DNA of 58,493 nt, counting the filler, from Sphacelaria rigidula (lineage: Eukaryota), in assembly GCA_964200075.2 (NCBI GenBank). It is 7 parts of 7 records of this genome, joined end to end, with 100 filler letters (N's around TTAATTAATTAA, not from the genome) between each part and the next. Parts side by side here need not be neighbours in the genome. Positions count along the whole stretch, not along the records: positions 1 to 8,272 come from CAXNAA020011708.1; positions 8,373 to 16,643 come from CAXNAA020011709.1; 5 more parts are not named here. One strand, written 5' to 3'. How positions within the stretch are numbered: position 1 is the stretch's first letter; every line of letters begins with the position of its first letter. This document shows, piece by piece, positions 1 through 12,000 of the stretch. Position numbers and translations under genes: made by a program. Under the pieces are notes generated by a model. That model had not been told where the DNA came from. It worked only from the letters and a program-made list of their open reading frames with translations, and searched no databases.

Positions 1-251
1 TCATGAAAAATGGAGCAGCTCATTGTAGGCTGTCATCCATATGCAAGATAATCAGTACGCTTCGGGGCGAATAATGTTAGCAGGGTGCAGCTCACCCTTC
101 ATGCGACTCGCCGAACTCATCACGGCGCTTCTCGCTTGGTTATTGATTGCGAGCCTAGTCGGGTGAACACCCGACGTGCGCCGTCCCGGCTTTGCAGGGA
201 TGCGAGGTCAATGATCATATATGCGTGATCATGAGTACACCCCCCCCCCCC
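1..251 (-). repeat. Copy of abundant dispersed repeat family A
   Basis: Reverse complement matches the copies at 16990-17265, 29575-30130 and 30838-31655 (core acctcgcatccctacaaagccgggacgg...tcgcaatcaatcaccaagcgcgaagcgccgtgg); ends in gagtac plus a C-tract. Confidence 0.8.
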
Positions 252-1596
252 GTTGACCAGGATGAGTCCGTGGTCTCGAGGGATATACCCATTTCTCCCC
301 CAGTGCTTGTACACGCCTTTCGCTTTGATATATATCAATCACCGCGGGTTGATGATTGGATCAGCAGTCCAACATACTCTTCTTCTTTTTTTCATGCCTG
401 CTGACGTCCTCATCTATTATTTTCAATCACGGAGATTGAGGTGTAAACTAATCCTCAGACCAAGAAAAGTAAATGCACTGACGACGCATTTTGCGCGAAT
501 CGAACCCGCCTTGTTTTTCCTTGCCATCCACATGCCGCCGCGCCCCCGGTGGTGTAAATTGATATGTTTTGACTGTCACCATTAGGGTGGAAAGGACGTG
601 GGTACGATTCTTGCCACATGCGTTGTTTTTTTCTTCGAAATATCTTATTCCCACCGTCGAAAGCGTGAGTTCGTGAAAAGAAGGAAACGTAGATGACCGA
701 GTTTGTTTGACAAGAACTGACGCGATGCAGGACGGACGCATGGTCATGATCCAATCCGCGAGACCAAAATGCAAGCCGTGGGCCGGAGAGAGGTAGATAG
801 CTTGATCCGGTGCAACCGATCACGGACTCGTCCCGAAGAAGGGGAGGGGATCAAAGTGTAACTGTTGATGATATATTTTTATTAAAATGGTGTCATTCGT
901 CCGCTAGACCACCGGGGCGCGGCGTCGATGAGATCGGAAATACAGGAAGTCGGGAACGTTGGGAATATGCTCTACACATTGACTTCTTTTTTTTTTGTGC
1001 ACATGTTCGCTGGTGATTTCTGGCAAGCTCTTTGTTAATTTTCCTCTTGCATCGTGAATAATCATGTGCTCGTTTCGGATACTGTTGCTGTGCTTGACTT
1101 GACTCAATTTTAACCATTTTAGTCTTGTGTTCCCTGCCGCCCCGGCCCCCTTGTTTTACTAGCCTTCAATATTGTGATATCCGTGTTTGTGATGCGGTAT
1201 TGTGCCTGCTTTTCACCCCCCCACACCGATTCCTTAGGTGGGAAAGGTGTCCATAATTGCATTTTTGTTCAGTTGGTGCCATTGGCATCCAATTGTGTCT
1301 GTGCCGTTGGTGTTTGTACTTACTTCCGACTGATTCCTCCACAATGAGGGGGACGATGAAGGGGGGGGGGGGGGGGCCGCGAAAAAAAGNNNNNNNNNNT
1401 GTTTTCTTTGCTTGTACGTTTTTCGTTCCGTGTTGGTGCGTTGTTATGGTGTGGTCCTTGGTTGGGGGGGGGGGGGTCACACGAAAAAAATCGGGTCTGT
1501 ATTGCTCTGTCTCCATATCTCTCTGTCTACCTGCCTGTCTCATCTCCTTGTGTGTCTTTCTTATGTTCTCGTGTTCATATTTTTGTCGTTGTCCAG

Positions 1597-4500
1597 TTCG
1601 TGGCGGCGGGGGGATCGCTAGACAAAGCGATAGAAGACATCCCTGTTAACTTGCTCAACGCCAGGGAGACACCGGGGCCCATCGAGTGGGACGCGTGGGC
1701 GGGACTGTCGTTAGACACGTGGTCGGTGAGACACTCTTTTTTAGCTGTGGATCCTTATATTTCGTATCGATACGCCTCCGAGTCCCCTCTTGGAACCCCC
1801 TAGAAACCGGCGCTCCTAACGGCGGAGCACGTTTTTTTTTTTTTGCCAACGGGTTGAGCTGACGATACGTTTCGTTTCGGCTTTGTCTATTCGTGGAATA
1901 TCATTGATCAATTGATTCGATGATTCAGTGGTTTCTTGATCCTTGGTTATTGATTATTGATTATTGATTCATTATTTGATTTGGTTAGATTGGTTAATTT
2001 GCCCTATATTTATGAAGTAATCCGCCCCCACAAGATAAATGTACTCATGTTGAGCTAAAATAGTCGGGAAAAGTCTCCTTTAGAAAAAAAAAAACTGAAG
2101 GAGGGAAAAGAACATGCTTTTTTAGAATGGAAAACGAGAGACATGAAGCAGAGTAAACTGCAACGAATGAAAACGCCAAGAGGTGATTATATATAGTACT
2201 GTACCGGTTCCGAAACGGACAGGACAAGTCAAAACGAAGCAAAAACGACAGGACTCCGTCTCAGGGCTTGAGGGATGACGAGACAGTACTAGTCGAAGAA
2301 GGAAATAAGATGACATGAGAGAGAAGCAAGAAATGTGAACAGGTTCCACACAACAGCTTCTATTTTGTGCACGCGTTCCTGTGGTGCTAACCGAGCCCCC
2401 TTCATTTATTCTTGGATACAAGCACGACCTCACATTATTCTCACGCATACCATGTAAGCACGACTGGATCCCTGGGGGGGGGGTGGCGTACTCATTTGTC
2501 GCTTGCCTCAGTCGTTTGACCGTTGACCACGCATCCCTTTCGAGATGAAGCACCGTTGCTACTCCTAACAGAGACACCTTCAACATGACGGCTCTCATTA
2601 CGTTTCTTCCATACATTACACACAAATATTTTACATATCTTATCCCCGTCCTGTTTCGTGACCACTTCTGGATCCCTGGGGGTCAGTAAAAGTGGGACAA
2701 TCAATCCATCAAAATCAAATACCGAAAGGTGTAGACAGGTGTCCTGAAATGAGGTGACAACACACACAAACACACACGCCCCCTGTTCCTCGTCGAAGTA
2801 AAAAATCCTGACCGGTCCGAAGCGGGGCAATTTCTTCTTGTTTTTTCACGATTACTGATTTCCTCCAGGAGAACGAGTTGCTGGCATCACGTCATGTGCT
2901 TGCTGGGTGCGCCGTTCCTTCACTGCCGTGTTGGTATGCTGTGGTAAACTGAGCGCCGGATGGCTGAGTACCTCAGAGCTACCGACAGCGTCTGTCCTCT
3001 GTTTTGGCTACCTTGGGTGCCCGAGAGCTCTCTGTCTTTTTGACAGGGGATGTTGAAAAATGGGAACGAAAAAATTATATGGGAACGAACTGAGGTCGCA
3101 TGATAGGATAATTTTGTAATTGGTACCCGCCGAACGAACCGTTGAACGGTTCAAAGCAATGTTCGATGGGTGTCACTTGTCAACTACATGTGAAAAAATC
3201 GATCTCAGATTGTTGCCGTAGAAAAAAACTCGCGTCCATCTTTTAGGATTCTCTGTTCTCTATCTTTCCATCGCTCCGCTGCCGGCTCTGCCGCCTCACC
3301 CCTTGATTGATTCCTGTATGTATATTAGTTGATCCCCGTCACCCAGAGGTTTGAAATTGTTACGACACCTAAGCATATGTTGACCGTGATTTATTCGTGA
3401 GTAGTTCATGCTATGGCTACTTCATTGTCTGCATCTATGTCACGTACTCCGTCTGTCTACTATCCGCAACGCCAAAGGTGTATGTCTCCATGTATTTACG
3501 TACTTACTGTGCTTTGAACGTCGTTGACCCCTGAGGTCTACGGCGTAGTTTCTCCCCCATGTCTTGGTGGTCTGTAGGTTGAAGTGATGTCTTGCTTGTT
3601 CTGGTTTCCGCGCCTGCAACATTGGCGCAGACGTGCATGGTCACCTGAGGTTATGGGAAAATGAAGTTACTGTAGTTGAAGCCACCTCTTCCCCCCCCCC
3701 CCCTCCCCAATCCGGTTTCAAAATATGGATGCAGTTGGGAGGAAGAGTCAACTTTTCAGTTTGGATCCAGTCGCTCGGGTGCAGGCTGTCGTTGAAGTTA
3801 TGTTGAAATTCTGTGTATACTCGAAGGGGTGGCACTGCGATATTTCGTTTTTTTGTTGTTGCGTGGAAGTGTTGTGTTTGTGATACCTTGCGCCACCGTC
3901 TCTCCCCCCCCCCGTTTTTTCACACACTCCTTCCCGCATTATCTTTGCAGGGGCTAGCGCCTATCTCCATCGACCTTCCTCCTTCGAGCGCGATAAGATC
4001 GACCACGACGAACAGGAACGGCAGCGGCAACGTGAGCAGCAACATCAACAGTCTGGTGGGTTTTGGCCAAGGTACCCTTGTCGGTGGGGGGTTTCAGCAA
4101 GCACAAGGTAACTTCGCCATAAGCGGAGGAGCTGTGAGTGTTCACCCGATGAACAGACCGTTGCCCAGAAGCGCACTCGGCAACAGCGCCCACAACACGG
4201 TATTGGACCTGACCGGAGATGATTCTTCGATCGGCGGTGGAGGCGTTGGTCGTCGGGCGGGGACGGCAGCGAATCTTCCCCGGACCCCTCCTGCCCCCGG
4301 TAATATTCGGAACCCGTTCGGCGGGGAGGTTTCGGCGGTTCCGACGTCTCCTGCTGTCCAAGGTCTGACTGGCAACTTTTACCACGGTGGAAGTGGTGCG
4401 GGAAATGATGTCGGCCGTGGGGTGAGTATTTGGCGCACGGGATATGTTTGTTCTCAGGGCCGAAGCTCGTCAGAGTAGTGCAGGGTGCGCACTGCGCCAA

Positions 4501-5740
4501 GCTAACAGAGGTTTTCAGCGGGGCACTTCACGTTACATGTTACATATCACGTCAAAAATGTGATGCCTTTATAACAATACGTCACGTCACGTCACAATTT
4601 GAAAGCGTCACGTCACGTCACGTCACAATGACGTATTTTGAAAGGTTCATATGTGACGTGTGACGCAATATGAAACGTTACATTTGTGACGTGTGTCGTC
4701 ATTTGTAACGTTACATTTTGACCGTGTTGAGTTCGATTTAACGCTACGTACGACGTTGTAACGTTTCATGTAACGTTGCTTGGAACGGGAGGTTCACGGT
4801 GGCTGTCTTTTTTTAGCAAGAGGCGCGTTTTGATCGTTATTCTGACATTGTAACGATGCTTTTTTTAGCCAGTGTATAGTTCATGCATCCCTGACTCACA
4901 TTGCAAATCCGAAGAAATACATGAATACATTCTCGATGCACAAGAAGGTAGTGAGATAAGAAGATGCGCGCAGACCCCATGATGTATACATACAATACAA
5001 ACGCAAATATGTACAGATCATACGTTGGTGATACCTGGTAGTCGGTTGGAATCTCGTTGAACATCAATGCGTTACCATTGAGGCGTGACGTTTGTGACGT
5101 GTAACGATGAGCGCCCTGAGAAATTCGGGAATTGCGAACTCTCAATTTCGGATTTTCGATTTTCGCTTCTCCGTTTGCAGATGTTCCACGTGTTTCATGG
5201 GTGTGGTTCGTTCTGTGGCGCTGAACGTGCGCGTACATCCCGTGCATATTATGATGACGTATGCACACTCTTTTATTGAACTCACATATCACGTCGTATC
5301 ATATACCACATGTATGTACATGTGTATGTGCCCACGAATCTCACACTTATATGTAGTATAAGTGAAGCGTGTGACGTTTGCGACGTTCACTTATACGTCA
5401 CAAACATGTAACGTATAAAGTACGTCGCACGTCACAAAAACTGTTTCAAAACTCGTTGATGTGACGCCTCAATAATTATACGTTGCGTCACGTCACACCG
5501 ATGTGACGTGACGTTTGTAACGTGTAATGACGGTATGACGTGTAACGATAAGTGCCCTGGTTTTTAGTGGGTTCGGCCCTCACACTGCCTTGGGTAAACC
5601 TTGCGAACGGTCGAGGCGCCTACCCCACATGACTACCGCGAGGCGGTCTAGCGGAGCCTCCTGATGATCGGCCCACGAATCTGCTTGCGGGTTCAGTGTT
5701 GGGTGAGGTTTCCTCCTTCCTTTTAGGGGTGAAGACGAAA

Positions 5741-5775
<35 letters not shown>

Positions 5776-8009
5776 TGTGTTTTAAATATGCACCGGAATT
5801 GTTGAGGACTCCGGGGTCGCGAGCAGATGCGGCGGGGGCCTTTGAAGGTGTTGGCGGCGACCCACGGAAATCGCTCTTTTTTCAGAATTTTTTGACGGGT
5901 TATGTTGTCGTGTTGTCTGTCATGTTTCCGCTTCTGAGGGAAGTGTTCCTTTTAGATATTGATGCATGTATATATACATACATGGAGAATGGGAGAAATG
6001 TTAATGGGTCGCATACGGTGGTAACTGCCTTCCAAAGAGAGGAAGACGAGTCGTTTTGTTGGTTTTTATTGCACAGAACCAGCTTGCTAGTAGGAATGAC
6101 GTGTGTGAAGTAAAAAATAACGAATAAAAAGATCAGGACAAGGTTGTTTTGGGACGGGTAAGATATTGGGCGTGGGATATTTCGATGTTTCGGATGACCC
6201 ATATCGTATTTCAGAGTATAGTAATACAATGATACCTACGAATTATGTAGGTTCATATTTTGGACGAAACCAACAAAGAAATGCTGAGTCCGGCTGGACC
6301 CCAAAACAGTGTTCGATGCAAGCTGGTCGGTTCTGTACGTATATTGTTGCAATACCTTGGGTGTATCCCACCTTGAGGCCCTGAGGATCAACCCTTTGGA
6401 AGACATTCACAGTAACACACACGCATACACTCCCTGCCCCCTGCACAACTTATTGATGTCTGACATCCCAGGATCAAGAGTCCACCGGCCAGAAGATGCC
6501 CGGCAAGGGGAATGATGCACGCACGCGCGAACTAAAGAGAAAAAAGGCTCGGGAGGACCAGATGAAGGAAGACGCCAAGACACGCCAGGTCCACGAGTTG
6601 TTGCTCAGCACCCTACCCAAAGGGTGGAAAGTGACCAAGCGTCCCCCCGATCCGGGAGAAAAATTGCGAGCGGTGAGGAGAACAAACAGTAACTGACAAT
6701 AGTCGTCCCGCGCGCGGAGGATGCGGTGAAGGGGTGGGGTGTGTGTGCGTGTGTGTGTGGGGGGAGTTAATCAAAATGGTTGATCGATTGATGCATTGAT
6801 TGTCGTACATCACGAAGCGCTCTTGACAGTACTGGAAAGGTGAGCGTACGTTTGTGACCACGGGTTCGATATATTCGGCTAATGTGCTGAAACAAAATAT
6901 ATTATATTGACAATGGTGATAATGACGGTGATTATAGTGATGGCAATAATACGCTTGGACCGTGAAGCAATCTAGTTCGCTTGAGCCCGTGTAATGTCAG
7001 CGCGCTGGTCTTGATTGATTAATTATTTGATTTGATGTGATTGATGGATTTGGCTGGGTGGAGTCGTTTTATGCGATGTGATGCGATGTGATGTGCTGTG
7101 ATGTGATGTGATTGATTGAATGATGCATGGATTGGTTGACTCGTTCATTGATTGTCGCACATTAACGGATCTCCAAGGGATCCAGTCATTGGTCACAAGA
7201 TAAACGTGTGTATGTATCTCGAGGTAAACAAGTGGATCGGAAACCTCGGGTTCAAGTAAAGTCGAGCATTAGCGTCACAGTCTGACGAAAACAAAGTGTG
7301 TCGAACCATGGATCTTCGTCGCCGGCCGTGTTCATGTGAGAACCCACCTCGCCGCCTCGGCGAATCCGCAGTCCGTATTCCAAAGAGATCGTCCCATCTT
7401 TCCCCAGTACAGTACCATTACCCGTCTCTGGCAGTTTGTTTATGAGGGTTGAGGGTTTGGATCATGACTACCCCCCGCGCACCCCGTCGACTCCCTGTCG
7501 AAGTTTCTCTGCTGCTCGAGTGCTCATGCTACCATGCTGTGCTTTTCACGACAAAAAATCAGGCCCTACTTCGACCAGAAAAAAAGGTGTTCCCACCGTG
7601 ACTCGAAAGCCGCAAGTTTTTCTTCGCCCTAACTCTGCTGATGGTGTGTTACCAGTCCGATCGCTGGATCGGGGCGCGGCGGAAAGTCGTTGCTGCGTAC
7701 CAACCTAATGTACAGCGCCCCGGTTGTGATCTCCTAGAGTATGACATGTGGTTCATGTACAGCGTCACACACTCACTTCGTTGGGGCATCGAACATCCAT
7801 GCATCATGCGTCATCATTATTGGAGACATCTCTCTCTTTGTTGTGTTTTAGAAGTTCTTGGCTTTTTTGGACGTGTTTGACAAAGTAAAAAAACGTTGGA
7901 ATATGACGCAAAACAATATGCAGACTGAGGAGTGCGTCTGGTACTATCACTCCAAGAGGGCTGGCGCTACGCGATACAGGACGCAGGCGGAATGCTGGGA
8001 GTTCATGAG
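1597..8009 (+). CDS. Partial multi-exon gene encoding a divergent MBD (methyl-CpG-binding-domain)-like protein
   Basis: AG/GT-bounded exons 1597-1725, 3951-4421, 6472-6672 (all phase 0) and 7924-8009; possible small exon(s) near 2869-2943. The spliced 6472+7924 exons read LPKGWKVTKRPPDPGEKLRATEECVWYYHSKRAGATRYRTQAECWEFM, matching the MBD pattern LPxGW...YYxS..G..(F/Y)R(S/T)..E...(Y/F). Both ends run off the contig. Confidence 0.6.
4430..5772 (+). mobile_element. Putative SINE/LINE 3'-end fragment with (TG)n tail, interrupted by a hAT element
   Basis: Intronic segment split by the 4519-5559 insertion and ending in ...ggggtgaagacgaaaa followed by (tg)n at 5742-5772. The retroposon class is inferred from the microsatellite tail. 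Confidence 0.4.
4519..5559. mobile_element. Non-autonomous hAT-type DNA transposon (~1.04 kb)
   Basis: TIRs cggggcacttcacgttaca / tgtaacgataagtgccctg; 8-bp TSD gttttcag (4511-4518) / gtttttag (5560-5567); dense subterminal acgtca/tgacgt/gtaacgt repeats; an extra right-end-like copy at ~5100-5118. Confidence 0.8.
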
Positions 8010-8272
8010 GTGCGTATGTGGATGTGTGTGTTGTTGTGTGTTGTCCCATTTATTCTAGGCGCCAGTCTACCCCTTTTGGGATATGTGGGCGCATCAGCCG
8101 GGGTCACACAGGAGGAGGAAGGTAAACACAGGAGCTTTTTCTTTTTTATTTGTTTGTAGTACCCCACCTTCCCTCTGCGGTGCTTTTTTTTTTTTGATCG
8201 CGAGAGGGATCCAGCAGTCCCTTTCCCTCGTCGACCGTCAAGTCGAATTTTGTGTACCCACGACATAGTCGC

Positions 8273-8372
8273 NNNNNNNNNNNNNNNNNNNNNNNNNNNN
8301 NNNNNNNNNNNNNNNNTTAATTAATTAANNNNNNNNNNNNNNNNNNNNNNNNNNNNNNNNNNNNNNNNNNNN
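8273..8372. other. Artificial contig spacer (N-TTAATTAATTAA-N, six-frame stop linker)
   Basis: 100 nt; identical spacers at 16644-16743, 25015-25114, 33385-33484, 41755-41854 and 50125-50224. Confidence 0.97.
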
Positions 8373-8596
8373 CCCCCCCTCGTACTCTCTGCAGCGGCTA
8401 CCGCTATATGCACGACGTTGTAGAGTCCAGACAGAACACACCATGCCAGCCGCAACATGATTTCTCGTCCCACTGCACTATGTTCATTCATCCAACGCTA
8501 CACAGGTCTCGCGGAAATGGTTTGACTGAGTTCGAAAGTACGGGAGAAGCGCGAATCTTGCAGGGTTCACGCTCGTAATATATGATTGTGCGAAAT

Positions 8597-8847
8597 ACAC
8601 TTCCTACCATTGCCCCCCCCAAAAAACGTGGCTGGTTTGGGAATGCAAAATCTACACGTATATCGAAATAAAAAAAGCCAAGCACAACGAGCAGCTGAGA
8701 ATACCCACGCTTGGGTTCGTCTTCGCCAATTTTGCCCGTATGAGACGCTCCGAGCGGCTTGACGCCAAAGGTCAGGCGCCGTATGACCATTTGTTTAGTG
8801 ACAGGTTTAGGCTGGTTTTTTTGGAGGGAGGCTATCGTAGAAAGTGT
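8597..8847. mobile_element. MITE with ACACTTTCTACGATAGCCCCCC-type TIRs and 6-bp TSD
   Basis: acacttcctaccattgcccccc ... gggaggctatcgtagaaagtgt; flanks cgaaat/cgaaac; homologous along its length to 54056-54314. Confidence 0.7.
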
Positions 8848-9055
8848 CGAAACCTTGCTCAAAGCCTGGTCACCCCAACTCAACCTCGACCGTATTTGAG
8901 ACGCTCATGAAGTTCTCGTGTTGAGAAAAATATATTAGCCTGCAATCACTTGGGGATAGGCGCGAGTAGCATGCCGTGCTCCACGCCTAGATCTCATTCC
9001 TGAGCCCAAGGTCTTTCGCTGAGCCCCTCCATTTACCTGTCCCCGATACTATTAG

Positions 9056-12000
9056 GAAATGCAATCGCATATTCAGCAAGAGTTCGCGGCGTCTGTCAGC
9101 CAGGGCGCGATTTTGGCGGAAAGTCAAAAAGGCAGGTGGCTGAAAGTGACAGGTAAACAACATACTGTCGACGGTTCCGAGTGCATATCCTTCCACGTCG
9201 ATGGTCGGAGGGCGGACGATGGCTCTTTAGGCAACGATGAGGGTGGACACGACTTTGAGACGGACCCATGGACTTGGCATGCTGTCCAGTTCGAGGGGAA
9301 GGCTCTTCCCGCCCTCGTCGTGAAGTGCCGTCGCGGCCCCAGTCACTACCAAGCACGGCTGACAGTCGCCGGCACCGGTACGGACGGTCAAAATGGTTTA
9401 CCGTGGTGTGACGGGGGCCTTCAAACTCGTGTGCGTTCGCTGGGCTATGTTGGATCGTTTGTACGGGAGTATCGTGGTACAGCTGCACTCCTGGCTGGGG
9501 TGCGCACAAGCAGATTACTGCCGGCCGTTGCTGCCCCTGGCATCTGTCAAACAGAAGGAACATTTGTCCCTCCAAATAATGCTGCCATCGACACTTCTGG
9601 GGTGCCACTAAACTGCACACAGCGTCGCGCCGTCAACAACCTCAGTGGGGGCTTGGACATCATCGTCGGACCGCCAGGTGTGACACACGCCTGTCTGTAT
9701 CACCTCCGGTTAATGCTCAGAACTACAATCGTATACAGTACGTACCAGAAAGGAACGCCTGCGCTTCGACGTTGCTCATGAACGCCTGCTGTACATTAAA
9801 ATCATCATGAAAACACTTCAATATCTGTGGGTTCTCGAGGACGTCGTGCAGGAAACTGCAGACCTCGTTGAAGGACATGCCATGTTTGGAAACCGCGCCG
9901 TGACGAGCATAACCAAGGGCACAGATGCCCCCATATAGCCCCCCGCGTGGTAATGCACGCGTACTGCATCAGCCGGAGTCTTTCACATGACAGAAACCAT
10001 TATCCTCGACAGTCTTTCCTAGTCATGGAAAAAACGAGAAATCGTGGAACTTGAAGCTGCGGGTCTGCTCACCTCTTGCGCCTTTCGTTTCCGCTGTCGA
10101 GACGACGGAAAGCACAACCCCGACTGCCACATAAAAAGCACTTCTCGCCCCTGCTTCCGATATTGTCCCTTTGCGTACGATAACTTCAACAGGCACCGGA
10201 AAGTCTACCACGATATGGCACATCATCAATTCTCGTGTTACTCCCGGCGCCCGTACGCTCGTGACATGCATAAGGAACCAGGCGTTAGATGCTGTGAGCC
10301 GCAAAGTGGCATCTTTGGGCGTGCTGGTAAGTCATTGAGCACCACCCATCTGATCTTGTAGTGTGTGCGATGTACTATGAGCTGAATCGCAGAGCTGCAT
10401 TCATTTGTTGCGCAACGCGACGGCGGGAACCGGCAACACCTCACAGTAATACCTGTGGTGGAGAGAAATTAATTCTTAACACGCAACATTTCGTGCGTAG
10501 GCGTCCACCAAAGTGCATTACCATAGCTGCCGCGCTCCGGTGTTTGCCTGGTACACCTTGGAACCCTTACGGGCGGACTAGCGGGTCGATTCCTAGCAAA
10601 TACACTTCCTATCTGGTCATTACACCTCAGGAGTAGCTAGTTTCCATCGTCAAAACGTGAGGGCGCGGACTAATGTCAGCGGAACCAAAATGGCCGACCA
10701 CGATCCGTTGCGGGTGTACTGAGTCAATACGCGATACCAAAATACCAGGCGTGTACGAGGAAAAATGTGAGTTGGTTCTGAGCGTACGACTCGTCAGCTC
10801 ATGAAGGGTGGGGATAAAATATGGTAGGAGCATACATGTGTGTGTTGTGTGAAGATTAGAGTAAATGCGTGCGTATGTAGTAAGCGCGCGCGACGTAGAA
10901 ATTGCCTTGGATACGGCGGCGACTACTGTAATGCGTGAGCGTAATGCGTGAGCGGACCGCGTGCTCTTTGGACCGCATTAGAGTCTAATCATCCCTACGG
11001 TTGGGGTTAGTGGTAACGTTAGGGTCAGGGGCACGGTCCCTGAAGGGACTGGCCCGGGCGGTCTCGAAAAATGTCGGTCCCGGGGTGTTTTGAACTCCGA
11101 TGCGGTCAAAACAGCACGCGGTCCCCCCACGCATTACACTGTGACCGGCATGGCTTCAATTAATGTACTTTATTCAGGCGAGTGAAGACCCACCCAGGCC
11201 ACACGAACTCGGAAACCAAAAATCAACGGCGATACCAAATACCAATCCAACCTCAAGCCGCAGACCAAGCGTTCGGTTCTAGAACCACCAACAATCCCAC
11301 TGAAGCCGCTTTGTTTTCACAAAAGGTTTTCGGCAATGAGGCGCGATTGGGCGAATACGCGCGGGAGTACACTATGGAGGAACGGATGCTCAGTGATCCA
11401 GAGTTGGTTTTCTGGCGAGGGAAGGTCAAATCTTGGGAAAAGATGAAGCAAGCTGCTACGCTACTTTCTTGGACAGAGGTGAACCGCGCCTCCTTTCCCG
11501 GGATCCTCAGACTTCGCCGTGCACAAATGAAGGGTGACGCCGCCGCCGATTCTGCGGAAGAGGTCGACCAAGCTCAAGTACGGAAGCTTCAGGATAAGGG
11601 GTACGCAGCAAGGATGTGGATCAAGGTGATCGAGTATGCGTTCCGTAAGGCGTACAATGGAAGATTATCCGAACTTCAGCGAAGCATCTTCAAGGAGGCG
11701 ATCGACGTCGCGAAGTGGCTCAGATTGCTGGAGATTGGCCTTAACAAAGCAAAGGCAATGCTTGCGCGATTGGAGATCCTCACCCGCCACCGTATCTACA
11801 CCCAGACCAAGGTCCTCCTTTGCACAGTGGACAGCATCGACAGAATGACGCGAGAAATGAAAGAGGGCACTCGTGACGCCTCACTAGCACTCGGATCCGG
11901 TACAGCTTCTTCGGCGAAATCAAAGCGCTTGGACATCGACACAGCCATCATGGATGAAGCGGCCTGCGTACTTGAGACCGCGGTGCCAGTGATTCTCGCC

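Noticed and set aside
8059-8121. Possible extra exon after the MBD exon
   Set aside because: It would need a 49-nt intron, and the sequence resembles a common intronic repeat rather than coding DNA.
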